Source of the DNA: an uncultured virus (IMG/VR IMGVR_UViG_3300048930_001385) | Lineage: Duplodnaviria > Heunggongvirae > Uroviricota > Caudoviricetes | IMG/VR virus record: IMGVR_UViG_3300048930_001385 | DNA length: 46,206 nt | Strand: one strand, 5' to 3' | Shown: piece by piece, positions 45,607 to 46,206 of the stretch | Numbering within the stretch: the stretch's first letter is position 1 | Layout: the number at the start of each line of letters is the position of its first letter | Made by a program: the position numbers and the translations under genes | The notes under the pieces: generated by a model | Databases searched by the model: none | The model's input: only the letters and a program-made list of their open reading frames with translations | What the model was told of the DNA's origin: nothing

Positions 45607-46206
45607 TTAGCGCGTCATCGTGATCTTGCCGCTGAGATCGGGTGAGCGGAAATTGTGAATACCCATACAGACACCGGTCTCGTGTTGTGCATGGTAGTAC
45701 TCGTCAACAGTAACCATACGCTCACCGCCATCATTATCAATGAGCTGGAATTGATGGTGTTCATTACCGCGCCACAGTTCACCACGCTGCCAGCGATCAT
45801 ACGCATCCGCTCGCTCATACTCTTCCAGGGCAAGGAACAGAGCGCGATTCATTGGATAGGTGCTTGGTCGGGGATCATGATCGGGATCAGAGTTCTCTCC
45901 CTGGTGCTGCCAAACCGAGTCTGTATAATTGAGACCTACCCCGCAATCTAAACAAACCGTCCCCTCCTGCTCGTGCTCGCCTAGGCGTATACCAGGTTCT
46001 AGCTGACCGACTAGTTCGAGAGCGTGCGCGGTGCCATAGTGCTCATCCAGCTCATAATGGTACTCAGTGAAGAGGTAGCGGTGGTAAAACTTTTCCCTGA
46101 TGCCGATAAAGCCTCCAACAGTAGGGTTCCATACGCCGTAACGGAGGTTACGGCTCTGCAGACGGTAGATACCGCCAGAGACCAGTTCTGTTAGGGCTAG
46201 AGGCAT
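45607..46206 (-). CDS. hypothetical phage-like protein (may extend past the window edge)
   Basis: SRNLRYGV...FIGIREKF..RYLFTEYH; CLDC. Confidence 0.7.
   Translation of the reverse strand: MPLALTELVSGGIYRLQSRNLRYGVWNPTVGGFIGIREKFYHRYLFTEYHYELDEHYGTAHALELVGQLEPGIRLGEHEQEGTVCLDCGVGLNYTDSVWQHQGENSDPDHDPRPSTYPMNRALFLALEEYERADAYDRWQRGELWRGNEHHQFQLIDNDGGERMVTVDEYYHAQHETGVCMGIHNFRSPDLSGKITMTR

Noticed and set aside
309..45951. Most plus-strand and nested ORFs in the track
   Set aside because: Antisense or alternative-frame shadows of better-supported minus-strand genes, without promoters or motifs
1..46206. Genome-wide stop-codon reassignment
   Set aside because: Recognisable genes are full length in code 11 and end in TAA, TAG and TGA; only one interrupted ORF seen

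Overview
A gene-dense segment, almost all on the minus strand, most consistent with the accessory/early region of a large phage (or phage-like element). The host is probably actinobacterial, inferred from an LPXTG protein, an L,D-transpeptidase and leaderless starts. No virion, replication or integrase genes are visible, so the replicon type is inference. The dominant feature, which the ORF track does not show, is a ~43-bp intergenic element found in 37 full and 2 partial copies, all on the minus strand: GGCCA-N5/6-TG(G/T/A)CC-T(C/T)AA-like-N15/16-GCCGATAN. It reads as a sigma-28 (FliA/WhiG)-type promoter fused to an upstream palindrome. In 26 copies a start codon follows 6-7 nt after the -10 box (leaderless). 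It divides the region into 1-4-gene units. The upstream stop codon often abuts or overlaps the GGCC end, and at one site the palindrome is amplified in tandem. A second, sigma-70-like promoter class drives the element-free cysE-cysK-HD/kinase-collagen-LPXTG-infC block and the few plus-strand genes. Recognisable cargo: two RNA-ligase-family nucleotidyltransferases, an HD/P-loop kinase, RNase Z, IF3, guanylate kinase, a Nudix hydrolase, TraX, an L,D-transpeptidase, two rIIA-like GHKL ATPases, four repeat/DUF6745-like paralogs, two atypical tRNAs (one with a possible UCA anticodon) and a decayed tRNA-Leu copy. Family names come from recalled motifs; no database search was run.
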